Positions 21,167 to 31,244 of a stretch of DNA of 64,000 bases are shown here, piece after piece. The notes beneath the pieces are model-generated. The model searched no databases, had not been told where the DNA came from, and saw nothing but the letters and a program-made list of their open reading frames with translations. Position 1 is the stretch's first letter; the number at the start of each line of letters is the position of its first letter. A program made the position numbers and the translations under genes. Source of the stretch: a candidate division FCPU426 bacterium (GTDB taxonomy: Bacteria; Oederibacteriota; Muellerivitia; Muellerivitales; Muellerivitaceae); contig CAWCKJ010000003.1 in the NCBI GenBank assembly GCA_963796105.1, positions 224,001 through 288,000 on the forward strand, read 5' to 3'.

Positions 21167-22780
21167 ATGGGTTCATTGCGAAGCTGGCTAGTCGGAATCG
21201 TATTTGCTTTTTCGGCCATTTCAATAGTCATGTTCGGTTGTTCCCGACAGCTAGCGACCCCGGTGGGAGCTCCCAAACCCACACCTCTCCCCACTCGAAC
21301 CGGAACGCCAACTAATACGGGAACCCCGACTAAAACCCCAACCATCACCAACACTCCAACTCCAACCATAACACCCACTCCACCACCAACCCTTGTGGCG
21401 ACACCTGCAAATACTCTTGTCATTTCCGATATGGAGTGTGATTGCCCCTCCCTCTACACGCAAAACGGGATCAATGGTTTCTTTTTCACGACTACAGACC
21501 TAATTGGGACTTCGATTTCTCCAGTGGTGGGATCTTATTTTCTGCCCTCGAACCCAGGATACAATTCAAATTATTGCGCCAGGATAACTGGAACCGTTTC
21601 AATGCCCACGACCGCCATCACCCCGGGAGCTACTGCTTGTACCATCATTTCTTATCCATTCGCGAGCCTTGAGGCCAATTTTGTGACAAACGGGACTTAC
21701 AATATCTCATCAAGTATTTCCGGGGCAACTGGGATACGGTTTGACCTGAAGGCGGCCATTACCGGGTCATGCATTCCTCCGCCAATTCGTTTCATGATTA
21801 CCGACTCCGTCACCAGCGTTACTCAAGACGCCAATGGTTATATGATCATCCCTTCCACAGGTTGGACAGGGTCTTGGAACCCAGTCACCGTATATTTTGA
21901 CCAAATGATGACGGAGGGCCGGGTCACTCCCATGAGCCACGCGCTGGACCTGACGACCGCCACCCAGATGCAATGGCAAATAACTTATCCCGGCGCAGGT
22001 TATGACATATCCGTGGACAACGTCAGTTTCGTAACATCCGCAGATCCAAATCCAGCGTCAGTTCCCCCAAGTTTTCCAGCTTCATTGATTGATAATTGCC
22101 AATTAGGCATCAATTTCTGCCCCAATATAATGGGGCCCAATGATTCCAGAAGCAGGGGAGGGCCTTGGTTCGTTTACGCCAATAATCCCGCCAATAGCTC
22201 GAACGGAAGCGATATTATCTGCCCCGCTAATGGTGGATTTCCGTTCCTTATGAGTCCTGTAAACGATCTTCCTGGAGCGACTTATGCGGCACGGATGACG
22301 GGTATTATGGGGGCGAACGGATACCCTGGTATGGGTGTCCATTTCCTTCCGGCGGATTCATGTGGTTATGACCAACCCTACAATATTCAGGCCTCCCAGA
22401 CCAGCGGCCCTTATACAGGAATCCAGTTTTACGCCAAGGTTGGTTCAGACGGCCAAGACAGTACGGTGCAAGTTGTGATACCAGACTCGACAACAGATCC
22501 AAACATTCGAAACCCCATTTGCAATAGTTCATATTGTAATGGAAACAAATCAGACCTCGTTGATTTGGCAGCTTCTTTCAATCCCTGGGGTGAATTCTAT
22601 GACACTTGGATGTTGATACAATGCCCATTTACGAGTTTTACTCCGCCTAGTTGGGCCAATTCAAATCCAGTGAAGACACTTCAGACTAATGAGGCTATCG
22701 GAGTACAATTTCAGGTTAACTCCAACAGCACTGCTAATGGCTATTTTGATATTTGGATCGATACACTTAGTTTCTATTAA
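21167..22780 (+). CDS. Paralogous lipoprotein with Thr/Pro linker and two tandem carbohydrate-binding-like modules
   Basis: Lipobox MFG-C; co-linear similarity with 19170-20894 (YCARITG, GMGVHF.PA, DQPYNIQ, QFYAKVG). Confidence 0.75.
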   Translation: MGSLRSWLVGIVFAFSAISIVMFGCSRQLATPVGAPKPTPLPTRTGTPTNTGTPTKTPTITNTPTPTITPTPPPTLVATPANTLVISDMECDCPSLYTQNGINGFFFTTTDLIGTSISPVVGSYFLPSNPGYNSNYCARITGTVSMPTTAITPGATACTIISYPFASLEANFVTNGTYNISSSISGATGIRFDLKAAITGSCIPPPIRFMITDSVTSVTQDANGYMIIPSTGWTGSWNPVTVYFDQMMTEGRVTPMSHALDLTTATQMQWQITYPGAGYDISVDNVSFVTSADPNPASVPPSFPASLIDNCQLGINFCPNIMGPNDSRSRGGPWFVYANNPANSSNGSDIICPANGGFPFLMSPVNDLPGATYAARMTGIMGANGYPGMGVHFLPADSCGYDQPYNIQASQTSGPYTGIQFYAKVGSDGQDSTVQVVIPDSTTDPNIRNPICNSSYCNGNKSDLVDLAASFNPWGEFYDTWMLIQCPFTSFTPPSWANSNPVKTLQTNEAIGVQFQVNSNSTANGYFDIWIDTLSFY

Positions 22781-22805
22781 AAGCTGTTTGTTGTTTAATT
22801 TTCGC

Positions 22806-22835
22806 AAAGCCCGGCCGAGGCCGGGCTTTTTTTTT
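22806..22835 (+). terminator. Rho-independent terminator
   Basis: AAAGCCCGGCC-ga-GGCCGGGCTTT followed by a long T-run. Confidence 0.85.
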
Positions 22836-22874
22836 ACGCCTTGAAAACACTTCAGGAAACACAAACAATACACC

Positions 22875-24863
22875 ATGCCCTTTGAACTCACCTCTACCTT
22901 TAAACCAACAGGGGATCAGCCCCAAGCCATAGAAAAACTTTCCAGTAATCTTAAGGATGGTATAAAGCATCAGACATTGTTGGGGGTGACGGGTTCCGGC
23001 AAAACCTTCACAATGGCCCAGGTCATCCAGGAAGTCCAACGGCCCGCTCTTATTATCTCCCACAATAAAACTCTTGCCGCACAGCTCTATGGGGAATTCA
23101 AGGAGTTCTTCCCTAAAAACTCCGTGGCCTATTTCGTCAGTTATTACGATTATTACCAGCCGGAAGCCTACATACCGCACACGGACACATTCATTGAGAA
23201 GGACGCGGCGATCAACGTCGAATTGGACCGTCTCCGCCTCGAAGCGACGGCCATGCTCCAGGAACGGCGGGATGTCATCATCGTGGCCTCGGTTTCCTGC
23301 ATTTATGGCTTGGGTTCCCCGGAACATTACAAGGAAATGAGGGTGGTGGTCCGGCCAGGGCTTGTCACCCCCCGCGACAAATTCCTCAAGGAACTTGTGG
23401 AAATCCAGTACACCCGGAATGACATCGATTTCAGCCGTGGGAAATTCCGGGTAAAGGGGGACGTTGTTGAGATTTATCCCGCCTATGACGAAAACCCCTT
23501 TCGAATCGAGTTTTTCGGGGATGAAATCGAGAGAATTTCCGAGTTGGACCCTGTCACCGGAAAGGTTTTGAACCGCAGAACGGTTCTTCCCATTTACCCG
23601 GCGAAACATTATGTCATGCCTGAAAAAGTCCTTCATGGGGCAATCGACGCCATCCGCGAAGAACTTCGCGGGCGTTTGACCGAGTTAAAAAACCAAAACA
23701 AGCTTGTTGAGGCGCAAAGGCTGGAACAACGAACGATGTTCGACCTTGAGATGATCGAGGAAGTGGGCTATTGCCAGGGAATCGAGAATTACAGCAGGCA
23801 TTTTGAGGGGAGGAAACCGGGCGAATCCCCTTACACCCTTTTGGATTATTTCCCGGATGATTTTATTACTTTTATAGATGAATCCCATGTCACTCTTCCT
23901 CAACTTCATGGCATGTTCAATGGCGACCACTCACGTAAGAAAAACCTTGTAGATTTTGGTTTCCGGCTGGGTTGCGCCTTTGACAACAGGCCCCTTCGCT
24001 TTGAGGAATTCAAGGAAAAGATCGGCCAAGTCATTTACGTTTCGGCGACACCCGCGAAGGAGGAATTGGGCTTCAGTAATGGAAAAGTGGTGGAACAGAT
24101 TATCCGGCCCACAGGCCTCATGGACCCTGAAATCGAGGTGAGGCCCGCATCAACCCAAGTGGATGACCTGGTGGGAGAAATCCGCGGCAAGGTAAAAGCC
24201 AAACAAAGGGTTTTGGTCACGACCTTGACCAAGAAAATGGCGGAGGACTTATCGAATTATCTCAAACAATTGAATATTCAAGTGGCCTACCTGCACTCCG
24301 ACATAGACACACTCGACCGGATCAGGATCATCCGGGACCTGAGGATGGGGGTGTACGACGTTTTGGTGGGGGTAAACCTGCTCCGCGAGGGATTGGACCT
24401 TCCGGAAGTGGGTTTAGTCGCCATTTTGGATGCTGATAAGGAGGGGTTTTTAAGGTCCGAAGTGTCCCTTCTCCAAACTTCCGGCCGAGCCGCGCGCAAC
24501 GTGGATGGGAGGGTTCTTTTTTACGCTGATAAAGAAACGGGCTCTATTCGTCGAACGTTGGATGAAACTAAAAGGCGGCGTGCCCTCCAAGGCGATTACA
24601 ACAAGGAACACGGAATCACGCCGACAACCATCAAAAAACAAATCCGGGAGATTTTGGCGACTGTTTACGAGGCGGATTATTACACCATCCCCGTGGCCGC
24701 TGAAAGCGGGGAAGATTACGTGGTGCCGGAGACCCTGCCGGCAAAAATAGTCGCCCTGGAAAAGGAAATGCTGGAGCAAGCTAAAAAATACGAGTATGAG
24801 AAAGCCGCGGAACTTCGGGACCAAATCCGCCATTTGCGCGAAAGAATCAGAAAACCAGGTTAA
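22875..24863 (+). CDS. uvrB: Excinuclease ABC subunit B
   Basis: [35 protein letters not shown]-terminal UVR motif. Confidence 0.98.
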   Translation: MPFELTSTFKPTGDQPQAIEKLSSNLKDGIKHQTLLGVTGSGKTFTMAQVIQEVQRPALIISHNKTLAAQLYGEFKEFFPKNSVAYFVSYYDYYQPEAYIPHTDTFIEKDAAINVELDRLRLEATAMLQERRDVIIVASVSCIYGLGSPEHYKEMRVVVRPGLVTPRDKFLKELVEIQYTRNDIDFSRGKFRVKGDVVEIYPAYDENPFRIEFFGDEIERISELDPVTGKVLNRRTVLPIYPAKHYVMPEKVLHGAIDAIREELRGRLTELKNQNKLVEAQRLEQRTMFDLEMIEEVGYCQGIENYSRHFEGRKPGESPYTLLDYFPDDFITFIDESHVTLPQLHGMFNGDHSRKKNLVDFGFRLGCAFDNRPLRFEEFKEKIGQVIYVSATPAKEELGFSNGKVVEQIIRPTGLMDPEIEVRPASTQVDDLVGEIRGKVKAKQRVLVTTLTKKMAEDLSNYLKQLNIQVAYLHSDIDTLDRIRIIRDLRMGVYDVLVGVNLLREGLDLPEVGLVAILDADKEGFLRSEVSLLQTSGRAARNVDGRVLFYADKETGSIRRTLDETKRRRALQGDYNKEHGITPTTIKKQIREILATVYEADYYTIPVAAESGEDYVVPETLPAKIVALEKEMLEQAKKYEYEKAAELRDQIRHLRERIRKPG

Positions 24864-24888
24864 AATATCCAGAATAATTTATAAACTA

Positions 24889-25148
24889 CTCAACTTTGGC
24901 AAATCGAAGGTTGCATCCCGTTTTCCCTCTAAAAAAGGGGTATTTCAGTTTGTGGGTACCATAGGGGTTTTCCCTATGAGCGCCTTTAGAATAAGGGGGA
25001 GCCCTTCGAGAACCTCAGGGCCCTGAGCGACGTCGAAGGGTTAGGTTTTCCGTATCGTTCTGAAAAAGACTAATACCCCCCTAACCCCCTTTTTCAAAGG
25101 GGGGGATTCTTATTAGCGCCATTCTTTTCGATATTTGTCAAAGTTGAG
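24889..25148. mobile_element. MITE/REPIN-like element, family A, copy 1
   Basis: Terminal inverted repeats CTCAACTTTGGCAAAT / ATTTGTCAAAGTTGAG with TA on both sides; internal CCCCC..GGGGG hairpins; related to 37325-37548. Confidence 0.7.
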
Positions 25149-25213
25149 TAAACTAAACTTTATTCCCAGACTGATATTCGCAAATTATTCAACCTCGAGA
25201 ACCGGGAGCTATT

Positions 25214-27136
25214 TTGAGATTAACCGCGGCGCTTTTCCTTTTTTCTTTCGCTTTTTTCCTTGTTCACGTAGTGCCAACGGTTTACTACGGTGATTGCGGG
25301 GTTTTACTGACCGCGATCGAAACAGGGGGAGTGCCTCATCCTAATGGTTTTCCGGCCTATATGCTTGCGGGAACCTTGATCTCGATTTTTGAAAAGAACG
25401 CCTTCTGGATCAACTGCTTATCCGCGCTGGCATCAGCCCTGGCCGTGGTTCTGATCTTCCACTTTACCGCGAAGATCCAAAAATCGAATGAAAGCGTAAT
25501 AACAGGCGGAGGGGTTCCATTAGCCGCGGTATTTGTCTTTTTGTCTTCCTCGACCCTCATGCTTCATAGTTTGGTCGCCAGGGTTTACACATTGAATTTG
25601 GCCCTCGTATTGGCATTTTTCGTTTGGGGAATCCGGAAGCCATTAAACCGGAATTGGGCGGTTGGATTGGGTTTTTTTCTGGGTTTAGCCGCGTCAACGC
25701 ATTCCCTTTTTTTAGGGGGAATAGCCTTTATTAGTTATTTGCATTGGGATAAACGAAGAGAAATCCTTTCATTAAGTCCATGGGTAATATCCGGGCTGTT
25801 ATTTTCCATGAGTCTTTACCTTTGGATTCCCTTGCGAGCCAAGCAACAACCACCAGTCAATTGGCTTCCAGTAAATGATTTTAAGGATTTTTGGGATTAC
25901 ATAACCCTGGCTCATTACCGGTTCAAATTTATTGACCGGGATTGGCTTGGAACTGGGTTGTTTATCAAGACATTAGCCATGAATTTTTGGAGGGAATGGC
26001 CATTTCCCATTTGGATTCTAGCCATATTGGGAGCGGGTAATTTAAGGAAAAATCAATCCCGGGTTTTTGGGGCGTTGGTCTGTTGGATTTTGTTCGTATT
26101 GTTGATGATGTTCAACTATGGGTATGAAGTGGATTTGCATATTTCCTACCGGTATCTGCTTCCGGTTTACGCCGCATCCGCCATTTTCTCGGCATTTGGC
26201 TTGGAAAAACTATTCAGATTTTTTTCACCCAATCAAACTGAAATAAAACGTCCTTTACCTATCTGGTTATCAGTTCTTTTGGTAATAGGACTTCTTTTTC
26301 CTGTACAGCGTTGGAATGCCATGGCTCTAGCCATTTCCTGCTATGACTACGCGCTTAATTTCCTGAAGCCGCTCCCAAAAGACGCGACGGTGGAAGTAAT
26401 TGGGGATGATCAAATATTCCCCCTTGCCTATGCGGTCATTGACCGCAATTTGCGGAAGGATTTGAACATCGTGGATTGGTCCGGACGGGATTTATTCCCC
26501 TACGGGTTGGATAATCTGGCAAAAGTCCCAGGATTGGATAGAAACAAGCTCGAACAGGATTGGCTAATCAAATCGGGCCAATTGTTCCTGCCCACCGAGA
26601 GGAACGTGCCGGATTCTTTCCTTCTACAACCGTATGGAATGGTTTACAGGATCTCGAGTAAGGAAAATGATATTTCTAAATTATTGTCCCCTGATCCGAT
26701 TGCCATGTTCCGTTCAAGACATTATGGGGTTGAAAACTCGGACATTGAATCCGAGGAAATTCTCGCTGAATTACCTCTACAGGAAGCAAATTACTATTGG
26801 AATCAAGGCGAAAGATCCAAAGCGTTGTATTCAGCGGAAGAAGCCTATGGGTATGGGAAGGAGTCAATACATACTCTCCTGGGCCTTTCAACCCTATATG
26901 GGAAAATGGATGAAAATGATAAATCAATGGGTGTCCTTCAAAAGGCCCTTGCGTTACAACCTCATTTGGATACGGCATTGGAGAATGTGGGAATTCTGTA
27001 CGGTAAAATGGGAAATTACCCTAAAGCTTTGGACTTTTTAACCAGGGCATTAAAATGCAATCCCAACAACCCAAGTACGCAATTCTATTACCGGCGTGTC
27101 CAGTCGCTTCTATCTGGCAATAAAACAAGTCAGTGA
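25214..27136 (+). CDS. DUF2723/TMEM260-like membrane glycosyltransferase with C-terminal TPRs
   Basis: 'PTVYYGDCGVL....GVPHPNGFPAY', multi-TM, 'YLWIPLRA', 'GDDQIFPLAY', TPRs. Confidence 0.8.
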   Translation: MRLTAALFLFSFAFFLVHVVPTVYYGDCGVLLTAIETGGVPHPNGFPAYMLAGTLISIFEKNAFWINCLSALASALAVVLIFHFTAKIQKSNESVITGGGVPLAAVFVFLSSSTLMLHSLVARVYTLNLALVLAFFVWGIRKPLNRNWAVGLGFFLGLAASTHSLFLGGIAFISYLHWDKRREILSLSPWVISGLLFSMSLYLWIPLRAKQQPPVNWLPVNDFKDFWDYITLAHYRFKFIDRDWLGTGLFIKTLAMNFWREWPFPIWILAILGAGNLRKNQSRVFGALVCWILFVLLMMFNYGYEVDLHISYRYLLPVYAASAIFSAFGLEKLFRFFSPNQTEIKRPLPIWLSVLLVIGLLFPVQRWNAMALAISCYDYALNFLKPLPKDATVEVIGDDQIFPLAYAVIDRNLRKDLNIVDWSGRDLFPYGLDNLAKVPGLDRNKLEQDWLIKSGQLFLPTERNVPDSFLLQPYGMVYRISSKENDISKLLSPDPIAMFRSRHYGVENSDIESEEILAELPLQEANYYWNQGERSKALYSAEEAYGYGKESIHTLLGLSTLYGKMDENDKSMGVLQKALALQPHLDTALENVGILYGKMGNYPKALDFLTRALKCNPNNPSTQFYYRRVQSLLSGNKTSQ

Positions 27137-27153
27137 ACATTAATAATCATTTA

Positions 27154-27292
27154 GGGCACCTCTGAAAATTGCTGTTCTTCTTCTCCCTGGAGGGGAGAAG
27201 GATGGGATGAGGGTGAAATGTCTTGAGTAAATACCCCTCACCCTACCCTCTCCCGCAAGGGGCGAGGGTTTAAATGAATATTTAGAGATCCC
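27154..27292. mobile_element. MITE/REPIN-like element, family B, copy 1 (inverted relative to copies 2 and 3)
   Basis: Ends GGGCACCTCTGAAA...TTTAGAGATCCC; internal hairpins CTTCTCCCTGGAGGGGAGAAG and CCCTCTCCCGCAAGGGGCGAGGG. Confidence 0.75.
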
Positions 27293-27366
27293 TTTTATTT
27301 TGGTTTTCAAACGTTATTTGACGTGAAATTCTAATGACTCGTGTGATTTAGAAAGGTTGATAAGAA

Positions 27367-29178
27367 TTGACTTCAGAGAATAACGAAAATAATTCCATGG
27401 AAATGTTGAAAAAAAAAGCAGGATTATTTCCTGAAAAACCAGGTGTTTACCTTTTCAAAAACACCTTTGGAATAGTTCTATATGTGGGAAAGGCTATTTC
27501 CTTAAAGAAAAGGGTCGCCTCTTACTTCAACGCCAAAGGCCAACAAAGCCCCAAGGTCCGCGCCATGATGGCCCAAGTCATGGATGTGGAATACGTCTTG
27601 ACAGCGGATGAGAACCAGGCCTTGCTCCTGGAAAGCAATTTAATCAAGAAACATAAGCCCCGATACAACGTTTTGCTTCGCGATGACAAAAGTTACCCTT
27701 ACCTAAAATTGACGGTTCAAGAGGACTTTCCGAGAATATTCATGACCCGAAAACCCACTGATGACGGCTCCAAGTATTACGGACCCTACCCTAACTTGAA
27801 GATTCGCGAGACCCTCAAAGTCATATACCGCTTTTTCAATCTCCGGGATTGCGACATTGAAATCACAGGTAAAGCTGACCGCGCCTGCATGAGCTATCAA
27901 ATCAAACAATGCCCAGGTCCCTGCATTGGGGCTGTTGATAAGGTGCAATACCATAAATTAGTCGAGAAAGCGGCGTGGTTCCTGGAGGGTCGAAACGAGG
28001 ACCTTTTAAGTTTCGTTCAATCGGAAATGAATGCCGCTTCCGATCGGAGGGAATACGAGGAGGCGGCCAAATACAGGGATCTTTTGACAACCCTAAGGCA
28101 GATGGAAAGCGGTTATACCGTCATTACCAATGAAAAGCGGGATCTGGACGTATTCGCTCTTGCCCAAGGGATGGGGAAAGTTTTCGCGTCATTGTTGCGA
28201 GTCCGCCAGGGGAAAACCATCGATCACGTGAGACTGGTGCTGGAAAATGAGCTGGAACAGCCTTTGGAGGATGTTTTTTCTATACTCCTGCGTCAATTTT
28301 ACACTTCGGGTATTTTCGTACCGGACGAAATACTTTGTCCGATTAAATTGACTGATTCCCCCCAGGCGGAAAGCTGGCTTACTAATAAAAAAAATAGCGC
28401 TGTCATTATTTCTTCCCCGATGGAAAATTGGCACAAAGACTTGATGGATATTTCGGAAAAAAACGTTCTGGAAGCCTTGAAGGAGGATTTGAACCGTATC
28501 GAAGTGTTGAAAGATTTGAAAATACTTCTCGGCTTGAATTCGGTTCCCAGGAACATTGCTTGTTTTGACATTTCCAATCTTCAGGGCTCTTTCACTGTCG
28601 GTTCCGCTGTTTATTTCCGGGATGGAGTACCGGAAAAATCCCGCTATAGGAAATTCAAGATCAAGGAATTGAAAGGGCAGGATGACTATTTGGCTCACCA
28701 AGAAATGATGAGCCGTTATATCAGACTCATTGAAAAAGAGGGAAATCCCATTCCTGATCTTTTCCTGATAGATGGGGGGAAGGGCCAACTCGGGGCGGTG
28801 GAATCGATCCTTCGGGAAAAACTATCCATTGATTATGGCTTGGCTTCGCTAGCGAAGAGGGAAGAAGAGGTTTTTGTCCCAGGCTTCGATAAACCCGTCG
28901 ATTTCCGCGGGCATCTCAAGGCCAGGTATTTATTACAAAGGATAAGGGACGAATCGCACCGATTCGCGGTGGGTTATCACAGGATATTGAGAGACCGCCA
29001 AATGATCCACTCAGCCCTTAAAAATATAAAAGGAATGGGGCCCAGGCGAACCAAAGCTCTTTTCATGCGTTTTGATAATATTCAGGAAATGGAAAAAGCG
29101 ACCTTGGAAGAATTGGAGGCTGTCCAAGGAATTTCTTCAGACCTCGCAGATAAGCTTTTTAAGGCTTTTCATTCTTGA
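27367..29178 (+). CDS. uvrC: Excinuclease ABC subunit C
   Basis: GIY-YIG ('PGVYLFK...YVGKA'), FDISN, IDGGKGQL, RIRDESHRFA, HhH; alternative start ATG 27397. Confidence 0.97.
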   Translation: MTSENNENNSMEMLKKKAGLFPEKPGVYLFKNTFGIVLYVGKAISLKKRVASYFNAKGQQSPKVRAMMAQVMDVEYVLTADENQALLLESNLIKKHKPRYNVLLRDDKSYPYLKLTVQEDFPRIFMTRKPTDDGSKYYGPYPNLKIRETLKVIYRFFNLRDCDIEITGKADRACMSYQIKQCPGPCIGAVDKVQYHKLVEKAAWFLEGRNEDLLSFVQSEMNAASDRREYEEAAKYRDLLTTLRQMESGYTVITNEKRDLDVFALAQGMGKVFASLLRVRQGKTIDHVRLVLENELEQPLEDVFSILLRQFYTSGIFVPDEILCPIKLTDSPQAESWLTNKKNSAVIISSPMENWHKDLMDISEKNVLEALKEDLNRIEVLKDLKILLGLNSVPRNIACFDISNLQGSFTVGSAVYFRDGVPEKSRYRKFKIKELKGQDDYLAHQEMMSRYIRLIEKEGNPIPDLFLIDGGKGQLGAVESILREKLSIDYGLASLAKREEEVFVPGFDKPVDFRGHLKARYLLQRIRDESHRFAVGYHRILRDRQMIHSALKNIKGMGPRRTKALFMRFDNIQEMEKATLEELEAVQGISSDLADKLFKAFHS

Positions 29179-29363
29179 GCTTTTTATAGTCCGAATATAC
29201 CAAAACACCTTTAAAAGCTCTTAAACACCCTCAAATATTCAGAAAATATAACAATTAGAAAACATATATTTTTAAAAGTTCTTATTTAACCACTGCGTCA
29301 GTAAAATGACATCCAAAGCGAATCACTCATGTTTTCACCTATACCAGGAGCCAAGATAACTGA

Positions 29364-31244
29364 ATGAAAAAGAAAGTCCCTTTTCTAAAGGAAAATATTT
29401 TAGCCGAATTGATCAGCCGGTCTCTTTTTGTCGGCGTCATCATATTATTTGTGTATGGGGGTTTCGCTTATTACGTTTCGAAGAAAACCTTCGACTCCGC
29501 CATGGGGGACCGGCTCTTAGCCATCGCTCGATTAACCGCCGGCCAGACACAACCCGATTGGCTGCCTTACCTCGAGGGTAAAGGGGAGCTTTATGAGAAA
29601 TACCGTTCTTTCTTGCGGCAAAAAAAACTCGAAAGCCAGGCCAAAAACATATTTTTAATGGATTTTGACGGACGGGTTCTTGTTGACGCTAACGGTCTCT
29701 ACAACTTCAAGGAAATCAATTGGCTGAGGGACCTGGACACGGTTCCGTTTCAAGCGGCCTTGAAGGGCGTTCCCGGCACATCCATCCTGTTTCGGGAAAC
29801 AGACGGCGGGATTTACAAAATCGGCTACGCTCCCATCTATGACAAGAATAATAAAATAACGGCGTTGCTCGGGGTGGAGGCCAGCGCCAACTTCATTGAG
29901 GGGTTGAATCAGTTCGCCGAGATATTATTTTATTTCGGCATGCTTTGTCTCCTGTTAATGGGCGGCTTGGTTTACGCGTTCGGCAGGAAATTCATCTCAC
30001 CGATCAAGGAAATGGCCGCCGCGTCCCTTAAAATCGCGGAAGGGGATTTCAGCCCGCGGGTAAAGGTGACGTCCTCCAATGAACTCGGAGCCCTCGCCAA
30101 CGCCTTCAACGAGATGGCCAAGGGCCTTGAAAGCCACAATGAGTACATTTTGGAAAGCATGTCCAACGGACTTTTAGTCCTGGATTTAAAAGGCCACGTC
30201 ACCACTTTTAACCGGGCTGCCTGCAATATTCTGGGCAAGGAGCAGAAAAATGTTTTGGGTTTATCTTACGAAGGGGTCTTTAGAGACCAACCGGTTTTTC
30301 TGAACGCGCTCAAGGCCGCTCACCAAGAACACCGCCATCACGTGGATCACGAAATCACCCTTTCGGATGAATCGCCCAAAATCCTCAGGCTCCGAAGCGC
30401 CCCCTTGTTGGGTCCCGACGGACAGGAGTTGGGCACGGAGGTGTTGTTTAACGATGAAACCCAGCTTTGGAAATTAAGAGCTGAGATTAAGAACTCCGAA
30501 AAAATGGCGACCATCGGGGAACTGGCAGCCGGCATCGCCCATGAAATTAGGAATCCCTTGGGCGCGATGAAGGGGTTCGCTGAAATCCTTCAAAAGAAGC
30601 TCGATTCGCATCCCGAAGCCCGTGAAATGGTAACGGATATCGCCTCTGAAATTGAGATTTTGAATAAAATCGTGACTAATTTCCTTACGTTCGCGAAACC
30701 CATGAACCTGGAAATGCAGGAAGCCGACCTGACTGAGGTCATAAAGGGGTTGCTTCCCATTGTCCGAAAAGAGGCCCAGCAGAAAAAAATAACTATCAAG
30801 TTCATTCCCCACGGTGATATCCAGGCCAGAATGGACATTGAGCAGTTTCGAAGAGTGGTATTGAATCTCGCCTTGAACGCCGTCCAAGCCTCTTTCAAGG
30901 GCGGGGAAGTGTCCATTTCAACCAGGAAATTCTCATTGCTAGAGCTTAGGAGTTACTTGGAGGACCAGGGACTACGGGATATAGTCCCAAAAACCACGGA
31001 AGTTTCCTGGTGCTGCGTTTGTGTCGAGGATGACGGGCCCGGCATAGCTCCGGAGCATCTTCAAAGGCTATTCACCCCTTTTTTTACGACCAAGTCCGAG
31101 GGCTTCGGATTGGGACTCTCCATCACCCGAAAAATCATGGAACCCATGGGGGGCAGTGTCGCGGGAAATAACAAACCGGAAGGCGGAGCGGTGTTTCTGG
31201 CACTTTTACCGGCAATTGAAATTATGAAGGAGGCTGAATCGTGA
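29364..31244 (+). CDS. Sensor histidine kinase (periplasmic sensor, HAMP, PAS, HisKA, HATPase)
   Basis: Two TMs; 'ELGALANAFNEM'; 'AGIAHEIRNPL'; 'NLALNAVQA', 'DDGPGI', 'GFGLGL'. Confidence 0.95.
   Translation: MKKKVPFLKENILAELISRSLFVGVIILFVYGGFAYYVSKKTFDSAMGDRLLAIARLTAGQTQPDWLPYLEGKGELYEKYRSFLRQKKLESQAKNIFLMDFDGRVLVDANGLYNFKEINWLRDLDTVPFQAALKGVPGTSILFRETDGGIYKIGYAPIYDKNNKITALLGVEASANFIEGLNQFAEILFYFGMLCLLLMGGLVYAFGRKFISPIKEMAAASLKIAEGDFSPRVKVTSSNELGALANAFNEMAKGLESHNEYILESMSNGLLVLDLKGHVTTFNRAACNILGKEQKNVLGLSYEGVFRDQPVFLNALKAAHQEHRHHVDHEITLSDESPKILRLRSAPLLGPDGQELGTEVLFNDETQLWKLRAEIKNSEKMATIGELAAGIAHEIRNPLGAMKGFAEILQKKLDSHPEAREMVTDIASEIEILNKIVTNFLTFAKPMNLEMQEADLTEVIKGLLPIVRKEAQQKKITIKFIPHGDIQARMDIEQFRRVVLNLALNAVQASFKGGEVSISTRKFSLLELRSYLEDQGLRDIVPKTTEVSWCCVCVEDDGPGIAPEHLQRLFTPFFTTKSEGFGLGLSITRKIMEPMGGSVAGNNKPEGGAVFLALLPAIEIMKEAES

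Noticed and set aside
22767..23636. 289-aa minus-strand ORF
   Set aside because: Antisense shadow of uvrB with no recognisable motifs.
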